A stretch of DNA of 16,790 nt from Tubiluchus corallicola (GCA_030141605.1 JAQGDQ010002046.1:1-16790); one strand, 5' to 3'; counted from the first letter of the stretch, positions 1 to 9,350 are shown. Translations and numbers: made by a program. The notes: a model not told the origin generated them from the letters alone.

Positions 1-10
1 GCCTCGTGGA

Positions 11-199
11 CACAGCTTTAGCTTACTGTATCTGTGGTTTATCAGTGCCAGTCACAAGTACAGGAAGTCGGGTTTACAAAACATATGGCAATTTTAACAA
101 AGAAACAAAATTTGGAAATTGCAATATGTTTTGTAAACTTGTCTTGCTGTGCTTGCGACTGGCACTGATAAACCAAAAATGAACCAAGCTAAAACTGTG
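11..199. repeat. ~190-bp imperfect palindrome (foldback/MITE-like); mirrored at 4635-4823
   Basis: cacagctttagctt pairs with aagctaaaactgtg; ggtttatcagtgccagtc pairs with gactggcactgataaacc; gtttacaaaacatat pairs with atatgttttgtaaac; short central loop near 100-110. Confidence 0.85.
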
Positions 200-983
200 C
201 CAAACTGCTCAAATCTTCACCCTATCGTCCTATCGTCTTTCGCCCGTATATAACCAGTCTGTTGGTGATGAAATTTTACAACTCTCGTCGTGTTTTCTAT
301 ATGCTGTTTTGTTTTTACTTATGATTATGTGAATTTACATTAGAATTGGTAATCATGTTTATTATAATTGCACTCGCTGTTTTACATTGCGTATAATGTG
401 TGTAACTTTTTCTTACTAAGTATTAAAATATGGTCGTTATCTTTTATTACGTATGTATGCTGTGTTGGATTATAATTTGTAACTATGTCTATTGTATATG
501 ATCGTTGTCGTTCAATGTGTCTCATGCGTTGGATTCTAAATTATCCATATAAGTGAATAGGTTTAATAAGTTGTAAATGCTTTTAGAAATTTTAAACATA
601 TCTGAACAAATAGAGGGAATGTATTCTGTACATAATTTTTAAAAATGAAGGATTAGAATAATAATAATTCACCCCAATTCTAAACCTTTAACTAGTGACT
701 GAAAAAAATGTGAAATTTTGGAAAGTGCAGCGCGAAAGTTAAAAAATGCTAAAAACGCACGTTTGCATATGTTTCAAATTGTGCAACAAGTCACGTAGGC
801 GTGTTGAAAAAGAAAGCTTGATTATAGCCTACGCCACGTAACCTCGGTTTTACAATGTTTTACAAAAAACAGGTGTAAATAGTAGAATATTTTTGTGAGC
901 CTAGCACCTAGTATAAGCGAAAGAGAAATCCGAAGAACAGCCTTATATACATATATGTATGGGTAGCCACGGCAACAATAACC

Positions 984-1252
984 TCTTACTGGTGTTGTTT
1001 CTGGCAATCTCATTAAATGTCCTACCCATCTTAGTCTTCTAATTCTGATTTTAGTGCTCCAATGTTTGATGCTAATCTTACTGGTGTTGTTTCTGGCAAT
1101 CTCATTAAATGTCCTACTCATCTTAGGCTTCTGATTCTGATTTTAGTGCTCCAATGTTTAATGCTAATCTTACTGGTGTTGTTTCTGGCAATCTCATTAA
1201 ATGTCCTACCCATCTTAGTCTTCTGATTCTGATTTTAGTGCTCCAATGTTTA
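984..1252 (-). repeat. About 2.9 inverted copies of the 92-bp RTE-derived unit
   Basis: Reverse complement of 3582-3850 with 92-bp periodicity (cttactggtgttgtttctggcaatctcattaaatgtcctac...). Confidence 0.95.
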
Positions 1253-1590
1253 TGTAACGATGACGAAATTACGTAGTTCGTAAGTTAGAAAGTTACAATT
1301 TGCTTAGTTTGTTAGCTAAGCAAAAGTGTAAATTGCTTTGGCTTGTTAATAAGATTAGCAACATGTTTTGGGTGAACCAGTGACGTTTTTAGTGTACAGT
1401 GGGATAGAACTATTTATGATATATCTGTGTAGGTGTATTTTGTAATATATAGCTTTTGTTTATGTAACGATGAAGAAATTACGTAGTTCGTAAGTTGAAA
1501 GTTACAATTTGCTTAGTTCGTTAGCTAAGCAAAAGTGTAAATTGCATGTTTTGGGTGAACCAGTGACGTTTTTAGTGAACAGTGGGATAG
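1247..1590 (+). repeat. Direct duplication, 1247-1407 and 1457-1590 (offset 210 bp)
   Basis: Both copies begin tgtttatgtaacgatga and end cagtgggatag. The second lacks a 26-bp segment plus 1 bp. Each contains a 9-bp inverted repeat tttgcttag...ctaagcaaa. Confidence 0.9.
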
Positions 1591-1773
1591 TGAAACTTTG
1601 TTCGTGAAAGGTACATCGTGATGACTTTCAGTTGCTTTCCCTCCCCACGGAAACAAAAAAAATAAATAAAAATATTTGAACTCAAGTTGACCTTTCGGCT
1701 TGTAAATCGTGCCAATGCGGTTACCATGGATACCATAATTACAACATTATTGTGTTTTTTGATGAGGAATAAT

Positions 1774-2122
1774 ATGGGTAGGGCAGTAAGATTAGCATTA
1801 AACATTGGAGCACTAAAATCAGAATCAGAAGGCTAAGATGGGTAGGACAATTAATGAGATTGCCAGAAACAACACCAGTAAGATTAGCATTAAACGAGGC
1901 ACTGAAACTTACTAAACGACCCCCAGGCAAAAACAAAAACAACTTGGATATCAAGAATTAATAAAGAGCTGAGACCAAACTTAATAATAGCATCACAGGA
2001 GCTGAAAATTTTAGCTGCAAACAGGAAACAGTGGGGTACTCCAATAAAGGATAGAAAATCTCAGTGTCCGCATTAGACGTTTAGAGCAACAGAAGAAGAA
2101 GAAGATGAAGAAAAAGATGATG
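1774..2122 (+). mobile_element. 5'-truncated RTE-clade non-LTR retrotransposon 3' end (frameshifted ORF C-terminus plus (GAA)n-like tail)
   Basis: Manual translation from 1803 gives HWSTKIRIRRLRWVGQLMRLPETTPVRLALNEALKLTKRPPGK, then after a 1-nt frameshift near 1930 TKTTWISRINKELRPNLIIASQELKILAANRKQWGTPIKDRKSQCPH*, stop at 2074-2076. This fits the RTE post-RT pattern RRLRWxGHxxR...KRxxGRPKTTW...LAxxRxxW. A very short 3' UTR is followed by agaagaagaagaagatgaag, a simple-repeat tail typical of RTE. Confidence 0.85.
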
Positions 2123-2564
2123 TTGAACTTTTGTGATTTTTTTTGGAAACGTAATCATTTGGGATGAATTTAGTCAACATTTTCCTAGCAAGCATACATC
2201 CGATTTTTTTAACTGATTCGAGTATGAGGGATGAAACTCCAGAATTTACTCTATTCATTTTGTGCACTCGTACATACCATAAGCCTCACCAACAACCTAA
2301 AGCTATTGACAGCAGCCTTGCCCCTAGCGACGGTTCCTCCTTTCAAGGATTTTACCGTAACACCGTATCCGTTTTTTGGCAAAAAATTTCTAGGAATTTT
2401 GCCTCGGGCGAATCTCACAGAATATGCGCCCAATAATAAAATAATAAATCAGTGATAAAAATCTTCATTAAAACATGTTAATTATTATTCATACATGCGG
2501 ATGGGAGATCAAGGTTTTCGTGACCTGCCATCAGTTCAGTGATTTTTCTTAATTAACTTCTAAC

Positions 2565-2701
2565 AGGTTATTGTTGCCATGATTACCCATACATATATGT
2601 ATATAAGGCTCTTCTTCGGATTTCTCTTTCGCTTATACTAGGTGCTAGGCTCACAAAAATATTCTACTATTTACACCTGTTTTTTGTAAAACATTGTAAA
2701 A
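2565..2701 (+). repeat. 137-bp direct repeat, copy 1 (left flank of the 92-bp array)
   Basis: aggttattgttgcc...aaacattgtaaaa recurs at 3850-3986 (offset 1285) with 4 substitutions seen. Confidence 0.95.
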
Positions 2702-3850
2702 TGGGTAGGACATTTAATGAGATTGCCAGAAACAACACCAGTAAGATTATCATTAAACATTGGAGCACTAAAACCAGAATCAGAAGACTAAGATGGGCTG
2801 GACATTTAATGAAATTACAAGAAACAACACCAGCAACATTAGCATTAAACATTGGAGCACTAAAATCAGAATTAGAAGACTAAGATGAGCAGGACAGTTA
2901 ACGAGATTGCCAGAAACAACACCAGTAAGATTAGCATCAAACATTGGAGTACAAAAATCAGAATTAGAAGACTAAGATGGGTAGGACATTTAATGAGACT
3001 GCCAGAAACAACACCAGTAAGATTAGCATCAAACATTGGAGCACTAAAATCAGAATTAGAAGACTAAGATGGGTAGGACATTTAATGAGATTGCCAGAAA
3101 CAACAGCAGCAAGATTAGCATTAAACATTGGAGCACTAAAATCAGAATCAGAAGACTAAGATGGGTAGGACATTTAACGTGATTACCAGAAACAACACCA
3201 GTAAGATTAGCATTAAACATTGGAGCACTAAAATCAGAATCAGAAGACTAAGATGGGTAGGACATTTAATGAGATTGCCAGAAACAACACCAGTAAGATT
3301 AGCATTAAACATTGGAGCACTAAAATCAGAATCAGAAGACTAAGATGGGCAGGACATTTAATGAGATTGCCAGAAACAACACCAGTAAGATTAGCATTAA
3401 ACATTGGAGCACTAAAATCAGAATCAGAAGACTAAGATGGGTAGGACATTTAATGAGATTGCCAGAAACAACACCAGTAAGATTAGCATTAAACATTGGA
3501 GCACTAAAATCAGAATCAGAAGACTAAGATGGGCAGAACATTTAATGAGATTTCCAGAAACAACACCAGTAAGATTAGCATTAAACATTGGAGCACTAAA
3601 ATCAGAATCAGAAGACTAAGATGGGTAGGACATTTAATGAGATTGCCAGAAACAACACCAGTAAGATTAGCATTAAACATTGGAGCACTAAAATCAGAAT
3701 CAGAAGCCTAAGATGAGTAGGACATTTAATGAGATTGCCAGAAACAACACCAGTAAGATTAGCATCAAACATTGGAGCACTAAAATCAGAATTAGAAGAC
3801 TAAGATGGGTAGGACATTTAATGAGATTGCCAGAAACAACACCAGTAAGA
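2701..3850 (+). repeat. 92-bp tandem array, 12.5 copies, derived from RTE LINE coding sequence
   Basis: Units start at 2701, 2793, 2885 ... 3805. Consensus atgggtaggacatttaatgagattgccagaaacaacaccagtaagattagcattaaacattggagcactaaaatcagaatcagaagactaag is nearly identical (permuted) to 1803-1894 of the RTE fragment. Confidence 0.97.
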
Positions 3851-4833
3851 GGTTATTGTTGCCGTGGCTACCCATACATATATGTATATAAGGCTGTTCT
3901 TCGGATTTCTCTTTCGCTTATACTAGGTGCTAGGCTCACAAAAATATTCTACTATTTACACCTGTTTTTTGTAAAACATTGTAAAACCGAGGTTACGTGG
4001 CGTAGGCTATAATCAAGCTTTCTTTTTCAACACGCCTACGTGACTTGTTGCACAATTTGAAACATATGCAAACGTGCGTTTTTAGCATTTTTTAACTTTC
4101 GCGCTGCACTTTCCAAAATTTCACATTTTTTTCAGTCACTAGTTAAAGGTTTAGAATTGGGGTGAATTATTATTATTCTAATCCTTCATTTTTAAAAATT
4201 ATGTACAGAATACATTCCCTCTATTTGTTCAGATATGTTTAAAATTTCTAAAAGCATTTACAACTTATTAAACCTATTCACTTATATGGATAATTTAGAA
4301 TCCAACGCATGAGACACATTGAACGACAACGATCATATACAATAGACATAGTTACAAATTATAATCCAACACAGCATACATACGTAATAAAAGATAACGA
4401 CCATATTTTAATACTTAGTAAGAAAAAGTTACACACATTATACGCAATGTAAAACAGCGAGTGCAATTATAATAAACATGATTACCAATTCTAATGTAAA
4501 TTCACATAATCATAAGTAAAAACAAAACAGCATATAGAAAACACGACGAGAGTTGTAAAATTTCATCACCAACAGACTGGTTATATACGGGCGAAAGACG
4601 ATAGGACGATAGGGTGAAGATTTGAGCAGTTTGGCACAGTTTTAGCTTGGTTCATTTTTGGTTTATCAGTGCCAGTCGCAAGCACAGCAAGACAAGTTTA
4701 CAAAACATATTGCAATTTCCAAATTTTGTTTCTTTGTTAAAATTGCCATATGTTTTGTAAACCCGACTTCCTGTACTTGTGACTGGCACTGATAAACCAC
4801 AGATACAGTAAGCTAAAGCTGTGTCCACGAGGC
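3582..4833 (+). repeat. Right arm of the long inverted duplication
   Basis: Reverse complement of 1-1252 with a constant coordinate sum (no net indel); no mismatches in the segments I spot-checked. Confidence 0.97.
3850..3986 (+). repeat. 137-bp direct repeat, copy 2 (right flank of the 92-bp array)
   Basis: Matches 2565-2701; a third, inverted copy lies at 848-984 inside the left arm. Confidence 0.95.
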
Positions 4834-4920
4834 AAGATAAATGAAATTTTACTGCTTGTATTTACTGTCAAATGTAACGTAGGTCTACTATAGAGGGGGA
4901 TAAAAATGCAAACGATATTT

Positions 4921-5528
4921 AACTCTGTCCACAGACCATAGACAAAGTAACTGTAGCGTTGAGCTGTCAAATTGCTTGCCATTGCAATGTTTTGAAAAAG
5001 AATGGCTAAATGAGGTAATTTTATTGATTGCTTGGAATTGTCAAACCTGTAAACATTTTTATCTCTGTTCAGTGTCCACAGACCATAGACAAAGTAACTG
5101 TAGCGTTAACCTGCCAAATTATTTTCCACTGTAATGTATTGAAAAAGAAAGGCTAAATAAAGTAATAATATTGATTGCTTGGAATTGTCAAACCGTAAAT
5201 ATTTTTATCTCTGTCCACAGACCATAGATAAAGTAACTGTAGCGTTAAGCTGTCAAATTGCTTGGCATTGCAATGTTTTGAAAAAGAATGGCTAAATAAA
5301 GTAATTTTATTGATTGCTTGGAATTGCCAAACCGTAAATATTTATATCTCTGTCCACAGACCATAGATAAAATAACTGTAGCGTTAAGCTGTCAAATTAT
5401 TTGCCACTTTAATGTTTTGAAAAGGAAAGAGTAAACAAAAAGTAATATTATTGTTGATTGCCTGAAATTGTCAAACCTTTAAAGATTTTTAACTCTGTCC
5501 ACAGACCATAGATACAGTAAAGTAAAGC
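4921..5528 (+). repeat. ~140-bp tandem repeat, about 4.2 copies
   Basis: tgtccacagaccataga recurs at 4926, 5073, 5212, 5351 and 5496 (periods 147, 139, 139, 145). Confidence 0.93.
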
Positions 5529-6106
5529 AAAACCGTCGTTGTTGTATAACTTGTACTGAGTCATGACTGTACATGCTGTCCCAAAGATCTGCCCGACTTA
5601 CAGCATGGCTATAATTGCGATACATTTTCTTCGAGTGATAATTACCCGTTTGGGACATGGCAACTTCAAAAACCTGTATTTACTGCGCTAGCCTCGGGGA
5701 GTGAGTTGAGAAAGTGGAACAGTCCGTGGAAAACAGCAGCCTTCCAAGTGTTCCTAACGTGATCGTGTTTGCTGAGAAATTAGTGAGTTATGCGAGCACG
5801 CTGCCCACTAAGCCACTTTTCTGACAGACAAGAATTAAGTTCAACAATTAAAGAATTCAACAGTTTAAGAATTAGGTTCAGGTATGCAAGAATTAAAACC
5901 GTATTAAAATTTTAAAACTTTCTTTTTCGTAATAAAGACATTTGAAAGTTGTTGTAATTTATTTATAATTGTTGCTTTATTTTATTTCATTTTATTCTCA
6001 TTTCATTTACTTTCGTACATCGTAATTCTTTTTAGATATTAATATTCATTTTTTTATGTAAATTGAGAAAACAACTGTGTAAGCTTTCGGAATGAAAGGC
6101 TTCATG

Positions 6107-6415
6107 CATTCATTCGTTTATTCATTCGTTTATTTATTCATTCGCTTATTCATTCATCCATTCATTCATTCATTCGTTCATTCATTCATTCATTCATTCA
6201 TTCATTCATTCATTCATTCATTCATTCATTCATTCATTCATTGGTTCGTTCGTTCATTCATTCCTGCATTAATTCGTTAATTCGTTAATTCGTTTATTCG
6301 TTTATTCGTTTATTCATTTATTTATTCATTCATTCATTCATTAATTCATTCGTTCATTCAATTTTTTATTGATTTATTCATTCGTTTATTTATTTATTTA
6401 TTCATTCATTCATTT
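6107..6415. repeat. (ATTC)n microsatellite with GTTC/GTTT/ATTT variants
   Basis: Direct reading; purest core about 6180-6241. Confidence 0.97.
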
Positions 6416-6505
6416 AACAGCTCATTCTTTCTTTCTTGCTTTCTTTTCTTTCTTCATTCACTCGCATGCGCATTCACACTTAATGCATGTGAGCAGCTTC
6501 AATAC

Positions 6506-6670
6506 CCCCAATCTCTTGGTGAGCAAGAAGTGCATGTTTCTTCTACGCGTTTTACCCACACTTCTTGTGAGTTTTTACAGTTTTTAGACGGTACATCATG
6601 TATTAATGACCTCGAGAGTGTGAAATTTGCATTTCTGACAAATGTTCTGATCAAGTTTGTCCCTGCCATA
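6506..6670 (-). CDS. Candidate coding exon of an unidentified gene; N-terminus resembles a mitochondrial presequence
   Basis: Minus strand: ctaat branch-like motif and tgttttaattacag acceptor before 6670, ATG at 6669, MAGTNLIRTFVRNANFTLSRSLIH (R/S/T/L-rich, no acidic residue in 24 aa), possible donor GG|GTATTG at 6506/6505. No homolog recognised. Confidence 0.25.
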
Positions 6671-6754
6671 CTGTAATTAAAACAATTAGGCTGTCTATTC
6701 AAAAACTAATTAAAACAGAGGCAGTCTGGCAGTTTGACTCGACGTCTTTGAATT

Positions 6755-7337
6755 CCTTTGTATAGTTCTTCTTTCTTCGTTCTTCTCCTTCGTATAGTTC
6801 TTCTTCTTCTTCTTTCTTTGTTCTTTTCCTTTGTATAATTCTTCTTTCTTCGTTCTTCTCCTTTGTATAGTTCTTCTTCTTTCTTCGTTCTTTTCCTTTG
6901 TATAGTTCTTCTTCCTTCGTTCTTCTCCTTTGTATAGTTCTTCTTCTTCTTCTTTCTTTGTTCTTTTCCTTTGTATAATTCTTCTTTCTTCGTTCTTCTC
7001 CTTTGTATAGTTCTTCTTTCTTCTTCTTTCTTCGTTCTTTTCCTTTATATAGTTCTTCTTTCTTCGTTCTTCTCCTTTGCATAGTTCTTCTTTAGTCTTC
7101 TTTCTTTGTTCTTTTCCTTTGTATAATTCTTCTTTCTTCGTTCTTCTCCTTTGTATAGTTCTTCTTTCTTGTTCTTTCTTCGTTCTTTTCCTTTGTATAG
7201 TTCTTCTTTCTTCGTTCTTCGTTCTTCTCCTTTGTATAATTCTTCTTTCGTCTTCTTTCTTCGTTCTTTTCCTTTGTATAGTTCCTCTTTCTTCTTCTTT
7301 TTTCGTTCTTCTTCTTTGCATAGTTCTTCTTTCTTGT
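6755..7337. repeat. Pyrimidine-rich compound minisatellite, core unit ~31 bp with variable TTC/TTTC blocks
   Basis: Anchor cctttgtata(g/a)tt recurs about every 31-43 bp, separated by ttcttctttcttcgttctt. It explains the overlapping K/E/R-rich and F/S/L-rich ORFs. Confidence 0.95.
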
Positions 7338-7480
7338 TTTAGAAGACTCTTTTAGAGAAAAGGTCATAGTTTAGCTGAGAAAATCCGATTCTCATGCGCG
7401 TATGATGCACTGAAATTGGAGGTTTACCAAATGGAAAATGTTTCTTACGCAACGCAAGACCTTACTTTAGTTAGACTTAA

Positions 7481-8140
7481 TATATAGTTAGTCTAATAGG
7501 AAGACAAAAATTCAAAGCTTCAACAACTAACCTGAGAAAAACTTTAAAATTCCCAATCATTGAAGCACACAAAGAATATTTTACTCTGCTTTTTATATTC
7601 AAATACATTAACAACATCAGCAAACCATTCCAGAATAACAGATTTACCTTTTTTCCAAATCCTATCGTTAATTCCAGAACAGGTAATCTAAAACAAATTA
7701 GGACAAATACCCACTATGGAAAGAACTCTGTAATCAAGCAAGCAATTCTACTTTGGAACTCTGTACCATTACAGGTTAAACAAATCAAGTCCCTATCAGC
7801 ATTTAAAACAAAATTAAAATCAATAATATTAACCAGATATGAAATACCATCACACCAGTACGACAACATACACACTAATTCAGAATTCATATATCCACGG
7901 CCATATTAATTAAATCATAGTTTTTTCATTTTTTGTGCATAGTTGTAAATATGTTTGATTTTATTCGTCGTTACTTTCCATTACTACACAGTAGTTCAGA
8001 TTGCACTGACGCATTTGTCTTTAGCAGTGTAAATTTTTATTAACTAACACTGATTGATCATCTCTGTGGAGTTTTTATCAGTGATTATCAATGTATTTTA
8101 ATGGCAAATAAAGATTATTATAATTATATATATATATATT
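7481..8140 (+). mobile_element. 5'-truncated CR1/L2-group LINE: ORF2 C-terminus, 3' UTR and simple-repeat tail
   Basis: Stop-free, ATG-less frame 7481-7909 (143 codons including the stop) containing ...RTNTHYGKNSVIKQAILLWNSVPLQVKQIKSLSAFKTKLKSIILTRY..., matching the WNxLP...S...FKxKLK terminal motif of CR1/L2-group ORF2. The 3' UTR has a stem cactgat(8048-8054)/atcagtg(8077-8083), then aataaa and an (att)n/(ta)n tail. Confidence 0.88.
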
Positions 8141-8543
8141 AGGATAGCACACGGTGTTCTCTTTTCATCTTCGAGCCTGCTAGTCCTCGAACGTTGACTT
8201 TTGTAGCTTGAATAGAAACTTATTTACTACACAGATTACGATCGAGTTACTCCAGTTGAAATGGTTATGCATTCTTTGTTGACTTAACGTTCTGTACCTT
8301 TTTAACGCACAAAGTTTACCTTGTGGATTAGTGCGCGAAGTTAAATAGTTCCATGGTTCGTTGAAGAACATTTTAAACTTATTCCCTTCTTTTTGAGGTC
8401 TGATAGTAAAGTTATTAACAGGGACACTCGGGTAGGTTTAAAAATAGAACGTTTTCGTTAAATGGAAAAGTGAGAGCTAGAATTTGAAATGGGCATGGTA
8501 GCTTTGTTCCGAATCGTATCTATCCCCTGTTCGAAACGAAGTA

Positions 8544-8967
8544 CCGTATTTTCCCATGTATAAGAGACCCTTGTGTATAAGAGACCCCTTCAATTTTTAG
8601 GCAAAAATTCTGGAAAAATGTTTTTTGGTAATGAATAACTTTATTCATCATAGAAATCATTAAATTCCTCATCACTCTCATCAAAAATATCAACTGGAGT
8701 CAGACCTTCAGCAATTCCAGCCAGTTCATCATCAGAGGAGTCACTCTGCTCAAAAATGGCATTGTCCTCTGTGCCGTCCATGGCATGGGAGATGCCACAC
8801 TTCTTGAAAGATTTAATAATGACCTCTGGCTTTACACCATTCCATGCCTTGAAGACCCAGCTGCAGACTTCTCCAAGGGTTGGCTTACTCCCATGTATAA
8901 GAGACCCCATATTTTTAAAGTGAAAATTCTGAGCAAAAAAGGGTCTTTTATACATGGGAAAATACGG
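8544..8967 (-). mobile_element. Internally deleted pogo-superfamily DNA transposon (CCGTA-ended TIRs, Passer/POGK-like), 424 bp
   Basis: TIRs ccgtattttcccatgtataagagaccc (8544-8570) and gggtcttttatacatgggaaaatacgg (8941-8967), 1 mismatch. TA dinucleotides flank it at 8542-8543 and 8968-8969. Internal tgtataagagaccc repeats at 8574 and 8894. Confidence 0.92.
8641..8886 (-). pseudogene. C-terminal remnant of a pogo-type DDE transposase
   Basis: KPTLGEVCSWVFKAWNGVKPEVIIKSFKKCGISHAMDGTEDNAIFE plus an acidic tail fits the W...AW......I.KSFKKCGIS...DG.ED motif that follows the DDE_1 domain in pogo transposases. Confidence 0.88.
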
Positions 8968-9185
8968 TATATACATATATATAATCTTTCACGAAGAACT
9001 CGGTTTTGTGACTATAGAAGATTTTAAAGACAGTTTAAGCCAGGTGCTCTCTCGGTCTAGGGGTTGGGGTCAGTGTACTTAGCTATTTAATATTCTGGGG
9101 ACAATGCTTGTCTATTATACAGCTCACTTTTCAACCATAGCCACTCAAGCGTTTTTACGACGAGAATCCCTTTACTCTCCTTTTT

Positions 9186-9296
9186 GCTCTCTCTCTCTCT
9201 TTCTCATTCTTTCTCTCACTCATTTTTTTCTCGGCCTATTCCTTTTTCTCCCCCTCTCTCATTCTCTCTTTCATTCTCTCAATCTCTCTCATTGTC

Positions 9297-9350
<54 letters not shown>

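Larger units (their letters stand above)
1..1252 (-). repeat. Left arm of a long inverted duplication (reverse complement of 3582-4833); truncated by the window start
   Basis: Position i pairs with 4834-i: the window start gcctcgtggacacagc is the reverse complement of the sequence ending at 4833, and ORF 822..1121(-) is identical to ORF 3713..4012(+). Unit-specific variants of the 92-bp array (cagaagccta at 3701, gcatcaaac at 3762) are mirrored. Pairing stops at 1253/3581. Confidence 0.97.

Noticed and set aside
2164-2455. Overlapping 60-90 aa ORFs
   Set aside because: No recognisable motif or convincing splice context; lengths are compatible with chance.
2701-3850. CRISPR array or operon of small 60-aa genes
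   Set aside because: Units are contiguous with no unique spacers, no cas genes are present, and the ORFs follow from the 92-bp periodicity of LINE-derived DNA.
1-4833. Single large transposon with 1.25-kb TIRs (Polinton/foldback)
   Set aside because: The inner arm boundary falls mid-unit within the tandem array, the spacer encodes no transposase or integrase, and the outer boundary and TSD are outside the window.
6699-7367. K/E/R-rich and F/S/L-rich ORFs as proteins
   Set aside because: Open in many frames on both strands because of low-complexity repeat composition.
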